From Tubiluchus corallicola (taxonomy: Eukaryota > Animalia > Priapulida): 64,000 bases of DNA. The notes below the pieces were generated by a model. The model did not search any database and was not told where the DNA came from. It was given only the letters and a program-made list of their open reading frames with translations. Shown in pieces: positions 25,036 through 40,000 of this stretch. The stretch is taken from positions 496,001 through 560,000 of the forward strand of contig JAQGDQ010002372.1 of the NCBI GenBank assembly GCA_030141605.1. The letters run 5' to 3'. Positions within the stretch are counted from its first letter, which is position 1, and each line of letters starts with the position of its first letter. The translations under genes were made by a program, and so were the position numbers.

Positions 25036-28000
25036 GTAAGTATTGTAGACTTAACTTCTGTTTTCGTAAATATGGAGTGTTTACTAATTGGTGTGGATGT
25101 AGTTTAGCATAGGCAAATTAGTATAGGCAATTGTTTCTTAAATTCAGGAGCAGCTTTCAGCGTTTACAAAACGTGTTCGTTTTGACCACGAAAAATGCTT
25201 TGTCATTACTGCTGCTTTTAAGCCCTTGTGTAATATATAATAGATAGAAACTAATTATGGCAAGCACAGGGATTAAAAATTGCTTACATTGAGGGGGGCG
25301 AGAATCACTAAGACCGTTTTAAAAGGAATACGAGAACATCTTGACGAGGATTTTAGAGATCCTATTCCTAAGAGCTTTTGCTTCTCATAATGCTTCTAAT
25401 ACTAGTAGGCCTATTGAAAAACATCATCACCGTACAAACAATAATATAAAACTCGTTGGCGGTTCTTTTAGAAATAATAGAAATAATCAGAACTAGAAAA
25501 TTGTTCTTGTAGAACTGGACAATCTCTGGAACTTTTGAAGTGCTGACATTTCAAAGTGTCGTTAATCATGGAACGAAAGATAATGGTAAAGCCTCTGTTC
25601 TTTAAATTAATGACAGCCCCTATTCTTTAAATTAATGAATTTGACACAATAGAAGTAGAAGTAGAAATAGAAATACAATAACTGTCGCAAGTCAAACAGA
25701 AATCGTTTAATATTTTTAACACTCTTCTGGAATACTGACAGAGTTTCTATTTGGCGGCTGAATATACCACTGATACTGATAAAAAAAGTTTACCACAATC
25801 TACTAACCATTTGAAAAGTCTAATTTTCAAGTGGCACCAAAGACACATCACTTGTTCACTATTCATCCTAGGTAATTAATTTTGGTGTTTAATCCCATGT
25901 TTTGGGGATCGAAAATCCAGTTAGCATATTTAAATTATTATAAAGTGATTACAAATTTGTGAATTCCGAGGTGGCCCACTAATACGATATACACTCTTGT
26001 AAACCCACTTGCGTGGCCTTTCGTTTGAAGGATACGGGGTTGCCGTCGCCCGTCGATATCTATATTGATGGTTCATGGATACTAGTTATCCGTTGATATA
26101 TTCCGTGTGGCGTCTACAATAGCCACAACTTTTATGCGTCCCTATTTTGTGTTCAAGAAGAAGAAGAAGAAGAAGAAAGGTCTGGCTTTGAGATAGATAT
26201 TTGGCATCTATTTATGTAGCCTAGGCTATTTATGTAGCGAGTCTTGGCAACCAAAGCAATACACTTCTCTATTATGCTGAGACGAAAAACATTTCGTTCA
26301 GACGAACCAGCAGCTCCTACAGTGTACGACATCAGTGATATGAAACAAGCCCTGTGTAGTTTTGAGGTGCTAACGGTTACTATGCAACGTGATAGACGTG
26401 ATACTGCTTAACGTATTTTAGAGTTGGGAAAAGTCACGGTTTCAGAAACTAACTTGTGAAGAGTGAAACTACACAGGCCTGTGGTAATGCATTTCTCCTC
26501 CCGAATCAAACAATTAATATTACAGAAGGCTTTGGAAGCGAGGCAACGGCCATTTTGTTTGGTGACAAGAGTACCCATTCACTCGCCCCTTTACGCTATG
26601 ACCTTTTTAGCAAAAAAATGTTTCTGCCAAGTCTTTTCTTACCCCAGAATGTCTCCCTTTTACAAAATCCTCAACTAAATGTTATTGCCTTAGAGCGTAT
26701 TATCAGCTAATAGTGTGAATGGGATTGAAATGGAACGTGGAGAATTATCGGTTCGTTTGTAGCAAGCTTCTGCTCCTCCGGAAAGCACAACTGCATGCGA
26801 TCTCGGTGCAGTTGCAGAGGACATCCACTGCCATGCATCCCAGTACCCCGAAACATGGAGTTAAGACGAAAAATTCCTGGTCTATGATGAATATTGAAAG
26901 AATAATGAACATTTTCATATTTGAAGATAAATGGCAAAATGGGAGGAGTAAAATCAGATGGCAATTGCGTTTTCTAAAAGACCAACGTCATTTGGACTTA
27001 AACGTGTCAGAAACCTTAAAATGCACAATCAGCTTTTGAGGTTAAAGAATTGACAAAGATATCCCCCTCTAAGCTTCCTTGTAAAGTGACTCTCAATAGC
27101 TTTTCATGGTCTACTACGGGATTGTGTCATTTAGACCAATATCTGTTGGTTATGTGGTTATATTTCTAATAAAAAAAAATCAAAATTCAACAATTTACAT
27201 TTTGTTAGTTTGCGTAACGTGCTGTCCTAGTCTGCTTAACTGGATAGTTCATTAACCACATCACCTAATTTACTATTTTGAAACCTGTTGATTCGCTAAG
27301 AGTAAGGTCATTTACATATATGTATCTCACCGGATACTGACTGACAATGTCACTATTCACAATTTGGAATCCCACAGGCCTAAGCAGTTCAGAAAGTGTC
27401 ATTAATATTTACATGTTTCACAGTCATTTAAGGAGCATAAGCAAGGATGCATACCCAAATATGCAAATTAGAGTCCTCGATTCGAAAGACACGCGATTAG
27501 ACACAAAAATTACTTATCTAGGATGGATAACGAAAACAAAAATAAATATTTTTACCCACATTTGATGACATCTTGAAAATTAGGCCTGTTTAGTCGTTAA
27601 ACTATTGTGAACTTTTAACATGGTTTGAAACACACCTGGTACTATGAAAAAACCGCTGAAAAACCTTTTGTAGGAATTTTGGGGTCAAACTATATTTTAA
27701 GCCGCCTGTATAGCATAAGAACATGAGAACACAATCATACAGAGCAGGAACAAAAAAGCGAATAAAAAACAGAACAGCGACGACAAAAAAACATTGGAAA
27801 TGATACACGCATATCAGAGGCATTATCATCGCTAAGACTGGTGGCGTTTCGGGAATGTCCTTTCCTCAGCCAGAGGTCGTACACTCTTACACTCTTCTTA
27901 CACTCCTTATATAAAGCTAAAGTCAAATGGACAAAGCTTTGATGCAAAACCGTTCAAGTTGTCGTTTAAGGATGACTAAACGCCTGAAAGATACGAATAC

Positions 28001-31000
28001 GAGAGAATGACATTTATATCCTCTATAATAGGGCTACATGTCTGTGTATTTGATAAAAGCGCGCTTCTGTTTTAATGCATTTTATACAAATATAAGCATT
28101 TCATCATTTGCTTTTCTACATTTGCAGTGTGACCAACTGTGAGGTTAGGATAGATCCACGAAAAATGAAGTAAAATCTATGGATTACGGATATAGTTATC
28201 GATATCAAATTTTATGTCCACGGCAATCCGGCTTATTATCACGCGGATTTTTAATAATATGAGACTATTATATTGAAATGACACTGCCAAGTAGGCTTTA
28301 ATAACGGAATTATTAAACTAAAATAATTTATAAAAAATAATCTTCGTGTTTGTGATGGTACAAAACCACTGTAATAATAATCTTGACGTTAAGATTACAA
28401 TAGTTATTCTTCATGTTTAGTTTTTCAATAAGAAAATGAATTTTCCTTTTTTCCTTTTAGCCTAACTAGGACTTGGTCATCCTTACATGGTAATAAAAGT
28501 TGTGTCATTTTTTATGACCTCGTTGTCCATTCCGCACCTTGGAAAGATGGGAAGGGTTTCTATTAAACAAATGGCTTAACAGAAATTTTGATGACATTTG
28601 CAATGGCAAGATACAATATCTCCTTCTACAAAATCTGTGGTCATATCTCGTGTACGATGTGTCAAGCGGTCATATTAGATTTGCACAACGGCAGAAAACG
28701 CTGACGAACAATAATTATGGCTGGAAATTACAAACGATGAAGCCATCTGCTACCCAATCATCAAGTGACCACCGCATGATCTTGTACTTATTAGACGTTG
28801 TTGTTCAAATGTCTGAGCAGTCTCAAACTCAAGCAAACACCTAAACATAATGCGTTTATTATTCATGAATAAGTAATTGTTAACAGCTTTGCCTTTCTAG
28901 AATTCGTTCGCTGCTTCGCTGTTATTACTTTATTATAAATGTCTATGACACTATGGCTTCATTGCACACAGTATACATTTGAAGAAATAACCAGTAACCC
29001 AGAAACGACACTATACTGAAAATTTTTCCTGCATGTTGTTATGTCTTAAACTACAGGGACGAAATAAAATAGATATTTTTGGAGAATGAAGCCAAAAAAA
29101 CAAAATATTTTTAATTCAGTACTAACAAAGTAATTGAAATAATTATATAAAACTATTTTTAACAAAACAGTTGAATTTAATTTCTGCGCAGAACACTAAG
29201 ATCGTTAACGGCATTTGTAAAAATAATAGTGCACAAATAATAAACGCCGTATAAGAGCAATTATAAAAAGTATGCACAAGAAAATCAAAAGCTTAAAATT
29301 CATACCATAAAAACACTTCACATGTACCAGCCTATCAATGTTCTAGTGGTCTAATTTATATATTGCAGTTAGAGAATGTTTCAGAACATTATAGCAGCAA
29401 CACCGCTATGTACATGTCATTTCAGATTATTCTGCATTGTTACATGTACAGATGTCCCACGGATGACGTAAACAAAACTACAAATTGAATATTCAGATTT
29501 ATTATTATTCAAGTGTGCAAGTGTTCTGTACAATGTTTTCAGTGGCCGTTGTGGCAATTTTATAATGTAAAATGAAAACAATTCACGTCCAAGCAAGGGG
29601 TAATTTAACGATTTTGTGGGTATTTAAACATAAATTGTAAAATATTAATATATCGCGTGAAAATATGAAAAAAGCTATAGGCCGAATTGCTGTCACAACA
29701 AATCTGGAACTACACACTTCATGCTATCAACAACTATTCATCAGTCTAACCTCCATGTCTTACCAATGCTACTCATCCACCAATATCAATAATGCGCACA
29801 GTTTCCACGTAGTGTATTAAAAAAACATAACTTTGTTTGTTCCCAATTAAAATCTTAATCTTCATATTGTAAAAAAATTGTCGAAGTCGCTATTTAAACT
29901 TCACGCATAGCGATTTTCATTTGCGTAACCGGTTGAGAAATTTGATGTGAGTAGAGCCATTCCTAACATGCAAACACAGCATTTATAAGATTGAAACCAA
30001 GGCACACGTGAAATTACTTCCTAATTACAAAGAGCCTGCAAAATACGTAGGAAATCTTGTTTTGATTAAAAACTGCAGATGCACGAAAGAAAACAATTTC
30101 ATCTTTAGTAACAAACAGTTTCATCTTCAGGGACAATTTGGCGTCCATTTATGTTGATCGTCTAACGCCAAGTCTATTGTGCGTGACATTCAAGTCTTAG
30201 GCAGCTTATCTGAGTTTGTCAAACTGCATATCAACACAGAAGCTCTATATATCATTCGTACATGTCATTGGACAGATTGCCTTTGCTTTGCATTCATTAT
30301 CGTACACAAGAAAGCATTATTTTTGCTGAAATGCGCGCACGTTCATGCGATCAATACGCAGTACTCAAGTGTAGTGCAATAACGAATACTCAAGCAAAAC
30401 ACGAATACAATTCCGAGTTTATTCGTCAAAGAAATCTTCTTTGACGAAAAGCGGTTTCCACATTTCTATTCTTTGAGTTTTTCCCCATTGCGTGAACATG
30501 GGGATGACAAAATAATTAAATAACTTATAAAACTTCAAACAACAATAACTTTCAAAAACTATTAATAGCGCCAATCCGTTATTCTTCGGCCTGTCTTACT
30601 AGACTAAGGAGTTAAGACACTTTGATAATGAGCACATTAGTGGCAGACACTTGACAGTGATCACTTCAGCAATTTATAACGGACACTTGGACAGTGGACT
30701 CTTGGGCAGTGAAAATCTAGATAATTGGACAGTTAAGCATTTTGGGTATGGATACATAAACAATGTAATATTATGCGTCAAGCTTGGCCATTTCTGGATG
30801 AACAATTTCCAGGCAAAAGCTGTTAGGAAAATTCTTCTCCAGATGGCACGTCCTTACACTTTGGAAATCTGGCTAAAATTAGGGGATATTCACGCCACAA
30901 ACACTATTCAATAAAAGCGGTTTTTTCAAATCGGTAGTTTTAGAGAAACTATTCTAAGGCTAAGTAGTCGTCATGCTGTAATCATATTTTAACGCTTACT

Positions 31001-34000
31001 TTGCAGTGAAATTACCTTGTCAAAAAAGGCCAAACCCTTTTCAGTCAGTGTTTTACAGTGAGCGGCCGCAATTCAACTGTAGACCTGCCTGTTAATGTTA
31101 AATGGTTGTGGCGAGACGAAATCCAGCCCATTGTGAAGGGCAGTATTGTAAGATAAGACAGCATATGTGTGTCGTTAATAGGACAAATTGTCCTCGGTAG
31201 TATGGCAGATAGCACAGGTGTTTTAGATTGCATTCTAAAATACTTTTTATATAGTACGAAAAACCAAGGCTGTGTTCTACCGTGTTATAGCTGATATTGC
31301 AATAAACGCTTGTATTTTAACACAAAAAATTAACACATATTGCAATAAAAAATAAACGCGCAATGTAATATAAATAACCGATACTGGTCGCATAATAAAA
31401 GTAACCGATACTAACGCATAATGTTAGACCCCCAAAATAACGTAATAACAAAAATTCTAACCTAATGTAATAACAAGTAGAATTAATGTTACTTGGTACA
31501 GTTTTCTTATAATATGTATTAAAATATTTTTGATTTTTTTGGAATATGAAGAGGTGCGTATTAGTTCCTGGACATCGCAACCCTCTTCAACGATTTACCA
31601 TCAGCGCAGTGAGTCAATGACGGCTCATTTAATCAACTAACCGCTCCACTTCTTTGTGGTATGATGTTGTTGTTGTTTTTCCTTGGTTCATGACTGCTTT
31701 TTCACTGACGTATCAAGTATTTAATCCAATGACTGAATTAACACTCACGCACGAACACCAACACGCATACTCGGTACTTTTAATACACTTTTGGAAGACA
31801 TTATTTAACACAGGAGTCTACATCTATGGAAACAAATAGTAACATAGTTAAAGGGTCAGTATAAGTGCTTTACGCCTGCTGGTTTCCAAATATTTTTAAA
31901 ATATATACTTTATAAGCAGCTATAAAGTTTCAAATTAGTAGTTTCTGTGTGAGCACTAGCGGAAACGGATCCGATTATTTATTGGTTATATGAATGTAAA
32001 ATATCATAGTCGAATACACGAGTTTTATCCAAATTACGAGTCTTTTAAAATTTTTAACATAATGCTACACTGAGTTAAAGGCATGTAAATAACTATTGTG
32101 TTCAGACACATTTCTACTAGAATACCGCTGTAGGCCTACGCATGGTATGTATAAACTATATGAGAAGTGCCGGTTAAAATTAACTTGAACTAGTGAGGCA
32201 ACATCACTTTCAAACCGAGTCAAGAAATACGCCATTCCCACGTAGTCCCTCAACACTACACTATTGGTACCAGGTATCACTAATTTAGTTAGTTATCACA
32301 TTGTTTTGTGGTTTTATAATATACGCTGCTCTTCGGGTTATCACATTATGTGTCAACTTTTATTAGATTATGCGTTATTTTTTCCTGGACTACACAATAT
32401 CGGGCGCTAAGTACATTACCAGTTGTAACAAGCAATTTTATTACAATACTGTATATCGTAAATTTTTAAGCATCAACGGTGCACTTTGTTAATTTAATTT
32501 AAAGCACTTGAATAGGGTTATCAGAACTTCATTGCAAACTTATTGTGCATTATAGCCTAACCAGTTAATGAATCAGAATTTCAGAAAGAATGTGGTAATT
32601 ACGAGTCGTTCTTGGCCGTTACTACCCCAAATACGGACGATTACTGTCACTCTACTAGTCGTATAATCAAGTTATATGAGCACTGCAAAAGAGCATTAAT
32701 CTTTAATGCATCCTTTCGACTTTTTTATTCTTTCGCACGTGGCTTGTTTTCAGAAGCCTAATTCCCAAGAGTTATACCAGGGGTGTCATAAACTGCTAGA
32801 CGAAGCCATACTGAGTTAATAGTTCGTACAGTTTGCAAATGAACAATTTATGCTTGCCGGTAGGGCAAATCAAGTAATTGCAGTTTGTTGCGGACACCGG
32901 GCACATCGCGAAGACGTTAATCGTTCTCGTGCACAGCTGCTGAAATCAATAAGTCATGTGCGCTATTGGTCTTCTTCATTTCAGATAATAGGATATTGTT
33001 GCGGTTGCTTGACACTCTGCTTGACGCACAGGTTTTGAGCAAGCTTGATTACTTGCGACAACTGTACGCGGTAAACTCTAATCGTACCGCACACGTTGTC
33101 CCTTGACTCTCTATGCAGTTGTTGCAACCTTATATGTAAGGTAAACGCTAACCATACTAAATGTTCAAACCGCTTAATCAGCCGCAAAGGCTTCAACTAG
33201 TTTTGTAGTTCCATATGAAAGAAATCTAATAAGCTATGCTTAATATTACACTGATGATTTACCTGAGGCCTTGCTGCCATAATGATTAAGCAATAAACAA
33301 AAAGCGGTATTTAACGAATACACCATATCCAAGTCAAACAATTGCACTAAATGGCTTCATAGACTGTCTTTACCAAGAACTGACCTATGACAGCAATTTT
33401 ATCTGCTATATTCAATGAAACTGCAAAGATGATTAAAATGCCCGCTCCAAACTTATCTCCAGACTCAGTGCTTATCAAGGGAAAACGTCCTGTTCAGACC
33501 GATTTGTTCTAGATGTCTTGATCGAGAAATGACCATTAGGAAATCGTTGGTGGCTTTCTGCTAAACAGTAATATTCCGCATAAATTACACTTAATCAACG
33601 GAATGTTAATTCCAACCCAATCCTAAGAATTAGTGCCATGTCGTTCTGCGGGCTACAATAGAAAAGTTGTCCCTGTCACTACAAATTTATCTGTAATTTT
33701 CTGCTAGAGAACTTCAAGTGCCAAAGATGACACTTGAAAACTGACACTCCATCAACAGAAAATGTCCAGGGCCATCTTAAGGCACGGTACACAGGATAGT
33801 TGCCATGAACACTTGTTGCTATTTTGCGCATCTCGTTTCAGCATGTTTTTCGTTGATTTTGTCAAAAATAGTTGTATTAAAAGCACTCTTCACCGAATTT
33901 TTAGGCTTACTTGATGGCCGTTAAGCTTACTTTAACATTTTGGTTCCACATGTGGCAAAATAGAGGCCTACATTGCTTTTAAGATGACATTGAAGACATC

Positions 34001-37000
34001 AGCGGCAAAACTTGATGTGAACATTTCTATAGTGACTGCCCAAATCAAATATGATCAGGAATGTCGTTCATGATTTTCTATTATAATAGGTCACGCATAT
34101 AATGGGCTAACATATACGTGCTAAGGCACAGAAATCCACCGATTTGGATTAACCCAATTGGATCTAATTGCCAGGCCAAAAATTACAAATGCAAGTCTTA
34201 GTAGTAGGTGCAACGCAGTGTTCACTTTTCCACGTGCTTATCCTATAACGTTGTTCCTTGTTCTTAGGTTTTGAAGATTACTTCGTTGACGATTACAACA
34301 TGTAAAACTAATCATTTATGTTCAGTAAAGCTTTCCATACAACTTAATTAGTGCTCCATCCGCAATGTGTTTGTCACAATTAGCATTGATCCATTCTCAT
34401 ACTAAACAGTAGTTAGGAAAAATGTAGGTACCAGTCCAAAAAACCGCACACGTCTTCGAACCTATGCCCAATTTAGTGGCAATAGCTGTTGTCATGTTCT
34501 TGTGGTCTTCAAACCAAAGATTATGTTAATTTTGCTTTGTCTTTAGTGACTAAATAGACTTCACTCCTAGGTATACTTACAAGCTTTTGTGATCCTAAAT
34601 CTAGACATCATGAAATCATTTCACGTCAGAGACTAAAAATAAAATCCATTCCCGACCATTTGAAACTGCAAATAGGTCGTAGAGGGACCCTAGTTGAAAG
34701 AGGGTGTGTAAACCATCCAATCAACAACTTCTGTCTCTTCAGTGTCAAAGTTTAGAAGTTTATGCTTGTAGTAAGAGCTACATTCCTCTTCTTCCACATT
34801 ATTAATAGATCTTGCGGCCGCCTTGAGATTTGACAAAAATGCAAAGCATCAATCACCGGCGCTGATTAAACTTCATTCGAGGAACAGAGGAACACCAGTT
34901 ATAGACTAACTATTGTGCACATAGTTAAGCAAACATCACAGCTAATTAGTGTATTCAATACTTGCTCGTTTACCTCAAACTTTTTCTCGAAAGATGTCAT
35001 GATTCGTATAGCACTATAACGATTGTATTCAGAACCCATCAATGCGTTCCCAGCAGTTGTTTATTCTGCAGCAAAGTTTTAATATTCTGAACAAGCTAAT
35101 TTCGTTGCTGTTTGATTAATAGGTTTTTATATTGTAACCTAACAGTAGAGCTACTCATATTCTAAATTTTTGCGGTAAAACGGATCTATAGCAATGTCAA
35201 GCAGCGTTCTAAATTACATATTTACGAAATGGATTATATGGCAACGCTAAAAGATGCTCTAAGCGATGTATATAGACAGTTGATAAGTTACGAAAAACTT
35301 AGTAAGCGAGTAACCCAATACTTCGCGTTCTATACTAGTTTGACAAAAATTTTAGCTTACAGTTTCGCATCTGGTTGGTTTACCAAAACCAGTTACAATA
35401 ACACATCATTACATTATTATTATGATTTCCGCAAAACCGCTAGACAGTCAGCAAAAAAACAATTGCTGAAAACATTTTAAATTATTAAAAATTTTCTTTT
35501 CTAGTTACATAAGTCTTTCAAGCAGGTAAGCGAAATAATAAGTAATATAGATTTGCCTGGAAAGTTCTTCGGGACATAATTTAACATTTATTTTTCTTCC
35601 CCTGATTTACGTAGTGCGTATATGCCGTCGGAACAGTATTGCGGGAGATTTAAAATGAAAACAAAAAAATCCTTTCAGTGCGAGTACGATATATAGCATA
35701 AAATTGCTACAAACTAACATAATTTTTTTAAGGCAATTTTTCGGAAACTTACTTGAGGTACCCCTTTTCTTGTCCTTTAAGTCTTATTAATGTTAAAGTC
35801 TTTCTCCATGTTTAAACTCTACACAATACCGAACAGTCTTGTTCCTTCGTGTCCATGCTCCATACATGCAGGGGTATACTGCATAATTTAATTTTCGAGA
35901 TTTACATGACAACCATAATTTACGATGCAATTATTTGTGAACAGCAAATCACATTTGACACAGCAGCGTTGCCGGTTTTCATATATCCCTCGAGTCCAAG
36001 GTTTGCGCGCTTCCTTCAGCGTACCGCACGTTTTATTTAATTGTAATATTTCACTTCGAAGCGTTCCTAGGTGTATTGTTTTTACTTGTTGTATCGCAAC
36101 ATGGAGTAGTTTTCTCACTTTTACTATAATCAGCTTGTACTCATACTCTCATACAGACTTGATCTCAAATTTTCTGGCGTAGTATCAAACCGTAAGCAGT
36201 GCTTCAATTGGTAGATGTTATATCCGGATCGCAGAAAAGTTGTCTTTATTAGTGTCGCTTGTTGAAAGTTCTCAGTTTTGCTTTGTATTGTCTGACTACG
36301 CAGAATAATAATATAAATACACCTGCTTATTAAATTAAGCAATGCAATCATTTCTTAATCATTTCATTTATTTAAATGAATATGAAAATTTTTAGATCTC
36401 TGAAAATTAATGGTTTCTTGATTTCGACAGTGCAATGCATACTTTATAACTAAGAACATTAACTGATAGAAGAACAGAGGAACAAGAATTAGAATTTTCC
36501 AAGTAAAATATTTCAGTCTGAAGTACATTTTCATTTGTTACCTATCAACTCAAATCAGGTCAATTTTACTTAATTAAGAAATTCTAAAAGCAGAAGATAA
36601 CTGCAACTTCTATTCTGCCATTCTATATTTTAAACGTCTGTTAAATGGTAATAATCTTATTCAAACCAACAAATAGAATTAAAATGTTTTATTTGTCTTT
36701 TTATGTTTTATTGTTTTTAAATTGTCATTACTTTTATTAATGTATACTCACTATAATCAGCGGTCTGTAATATAAGTGCTAATAAACCTCATACATTTCA
36801 TTACCTGGCATCTACAATATTCGCGCCTGCCTGGGAGAATGCGTGTGTCGAATATCTTTCATCCTTGCGTGGTTTTGATTCCTAGTTATTCAGTGACATA
36901 TTATGCAAGTTTAGTGAAATTTTATGATCGTGAAGTATGGTAATAACTATGTCTAAGCAAGCTGCTCCAACATGTAGACATTTTAATGCTCTAAAAGCTG

Positions 37001-40000
37001 TCGTATAATTTCCCCTTGCAAAATTCAGAAAAGATCAATTCAGCTAAGAATTTTCAACGCGACGAGAGAAATATGAAAGAACGTAAAAGAGCGGAAAATA
37101 CTTAATTTTGCGGTTGCGTCCGTCTAAATAGATGTTTCTTACAGCTCTCAGACTGCAGAATATTGATCAACCCTCAGAGGAAAATGTTAAATATATTCGC
37201 CGCCAAATGGGTTCCAGAAGTTCGAAAAAATCGAATATGGAATCGGTTAGAATATTGGAAGGCGACATATGAATAAAAATATCATCAAGATGTCTTTATT
37301 TTGACTGAAACAAGTTCCAGTAGAAACGGCGGCGTTTGGCCACCTAAGTTAAGATAGCGCCGAGTCGGGTCATCCCCCTGGGGATATTCACTCACAGTGA
37401 TGATTTGGACTGTTCATCTCGAAAATGGGAGATGCATACACATCCGAACGGTTGAGGTCATTTTAGAGGCACAGCCTTGATAATGAGTCTGGCCTCGGTC
37501 TCGCCACAACAATTTAATTCTGAGTAGGACCTGCCGCTGAATGTTGGATTTTGACTTGCAGTTCCTAGACAGTTATCCAAAGAGAAAGAACTATAAGCAT
37601 AACGCAACTTTTGCAGACGGTCATGCCACTATGTAACCTAACTTAGAATGTGCTGAACTATATGAAATTTTTTTTTAAAGATATCTATCAAACCCGAATA
37701 AAAACTATTTTACATACTAGAAAATATGCCTTGAATGAAAAAAACAAACAAACAAATAAAAATGACGGACAGCACCCACTTAAGCAAAGACCTGGGCTTT
37801 ATTCAAACACAGCATCTGCAACGTTTTGATAAAGTTCAGTTCCTGTTCTCTGACCAATGCCTGTAGAATCGTTCGATTCTAATTAAGCTGTTTTAATTAT
37901 ATAGCAAAAAATAACTCGGCGTCGATTTAACTTCATCAGTTAAACTTGCGTTAAAGCACAAGAAAACACGCTTCATAAATAAAGATTGAAAATCGTCTTG
38001 AAATTTTAATCACTTACGTGTTATGTTATTGCATACAGGGCTTGCAGTAACGCTGTATAAAACTTGTAAATTTAAACTCCCGCGGTGAACGTCATGCTCA
38101 GCCATTTTAACGGCAAATCGTTTGAAGCAAGTTCAGATAACAAGGTGTAAAGCTTGAAAAAATAATCAAAGCATTTGTAGAAAACTTTTGACTAACTGAG
38201 CAAAATGTGATTACTTTATATGTATTGTCAGTAAGATGTAGTGCCGTTTTACAAGGTGGAGCGAATACTTTAAATTATTAAGAATTTTCTCTTTCAACTA
38301 CAGAAGTCTTTCAAACAAGTAAGCGTAATGCTAGGTGATTTAAGTTTGTATGGAAAGTTCTTTGGGATATACTTTAAAATTCTCTTTTCTTTCCATTTAA
38401 ATTATCTTTAGCTTAATTATTAAATTATGATTTTGGAAAATAAACAGATTCCTATTGGAGAAACAAACTAAAAAACTCAATGAATGCTAATTTGCTGCCC
38501 CATTGACAAAATTAACAGCCATCATGATACGTGGCAATTGTGTGTTGTTGAATTAAAACTAGTGGATGTGCTCGAAATTATGATTAATAAGAGGTTAATT
38601 AAATAACAAGGTAAAAATACAGTGCAAAATGTCACGTTTCTCTGGGAGTTTGATTCATTTATACATCGTTCTGGGAAGAGCGTATAATATTTAGAAAAAT
38701 GACTTAAAAATAATGTTCTGACGTGGCAGTAATAATAGTGTGCAAAAGTAAAGCAAATAGTTTACCTACATATACATACAAACACGATCAGGTAGCCCGT
38801 CAGGTAAAAATTTTACCTGCTACAAATAGTTAATAAATACAAGTTCGCTTTTTAACTGCACATCACGGTTTTCGAAAAATGACAGGATCGCCATTCGGAA
38901 AATAATGACAAGAACAAATTTAGTTATCATATCATCTTGATACAAGAAGTGCTTTTTTAATATTATGAGTCTTGTGCCAGGCGCTGTAGTTTACTGGAAC
39001 AATACATATGAGGGTTCGACAGCGCTGTTTCCCTGCTGCTATACTGCCTGTTGTATAGGCATGGTAATAAGGGTAATAATAATAATAATCTCTGTTTGTT
39101 ATTTATATTCAGTCAAAAGAGCATAATAGCAGAACAGCTTGCTCAATCGTGTTGTATGTATTAACCTTAAACCCGACTTTAATGAGTAGAAAACAGATTA
39201 GTATTCTAAATAATAAAAAAGTCACATAATAAGGAAAACAAAAGATGCACGACATTTCAGCCCGCCACTATATATTATCTTTATGTGAAAATGAAAAGAC
39301 ACAAACGATCACTAAACACAATTTTTTTTATTTATAATATAAACACATTCACCAAAAACCATAGAAAAACCACATGTGAAGAGATGCACTCACAGAAGAA
39401 GCACAGTGTGTTTACATTGTGCTCAGTAATCAAAAACCAGAGAAGTCCGAAAAACGCAAAAAACACTAGTAATAACAACAGAATTCTACTTTATATATTT
39501 TGTTTTACACCCCGGTGCTATTGGGACATCTGTTGCTACAATGCGTTACTGTTTGTTTTGTTTCTTTTGTTGCATTTGCTTACTGTATCCCTTCTTCGGT
39601 GACTGTGGTTCTTCGCGTAAGGTTCTTAGATCTTTAGTGAATGTGAAAATCCAAAATAATAATGTTTTGTGATCGACTGCGCTTCCTTTACACCTGAAGA
39701 TAATCCATAGTGGTGCATTTAGTCGTTGTATATCTTTTATTTTCTTTATTGTTTAAGTACTTTTATTAATGAACTTATTATCTCTGTGTTAATATTCTTA
39801 GTGTAGGGATATTTGTTTCAGGTTGTGATAACATTGACGAAACTAGGCTACCAGTTAAAGATCTCAACTGTGATGTATATAATGCTCAGCACGTCACTTC
39901 CTGGCCTGTTCAATCCGTTCCTCTATGGCTTCCTAGCTCAATCGTACCGGGATGGGTACAGGAAGACCGTCACTGCACTTTGCTGCGGCGGCCTGAGAGA

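Noticed and set aside
32778-33019. Small hAT/Charlie-like MITE (CAGGGGTGTCA...TGACACTCTG)
   Set aside because: Termini are only partly complementary and there is no matching TSD; too weak to call.
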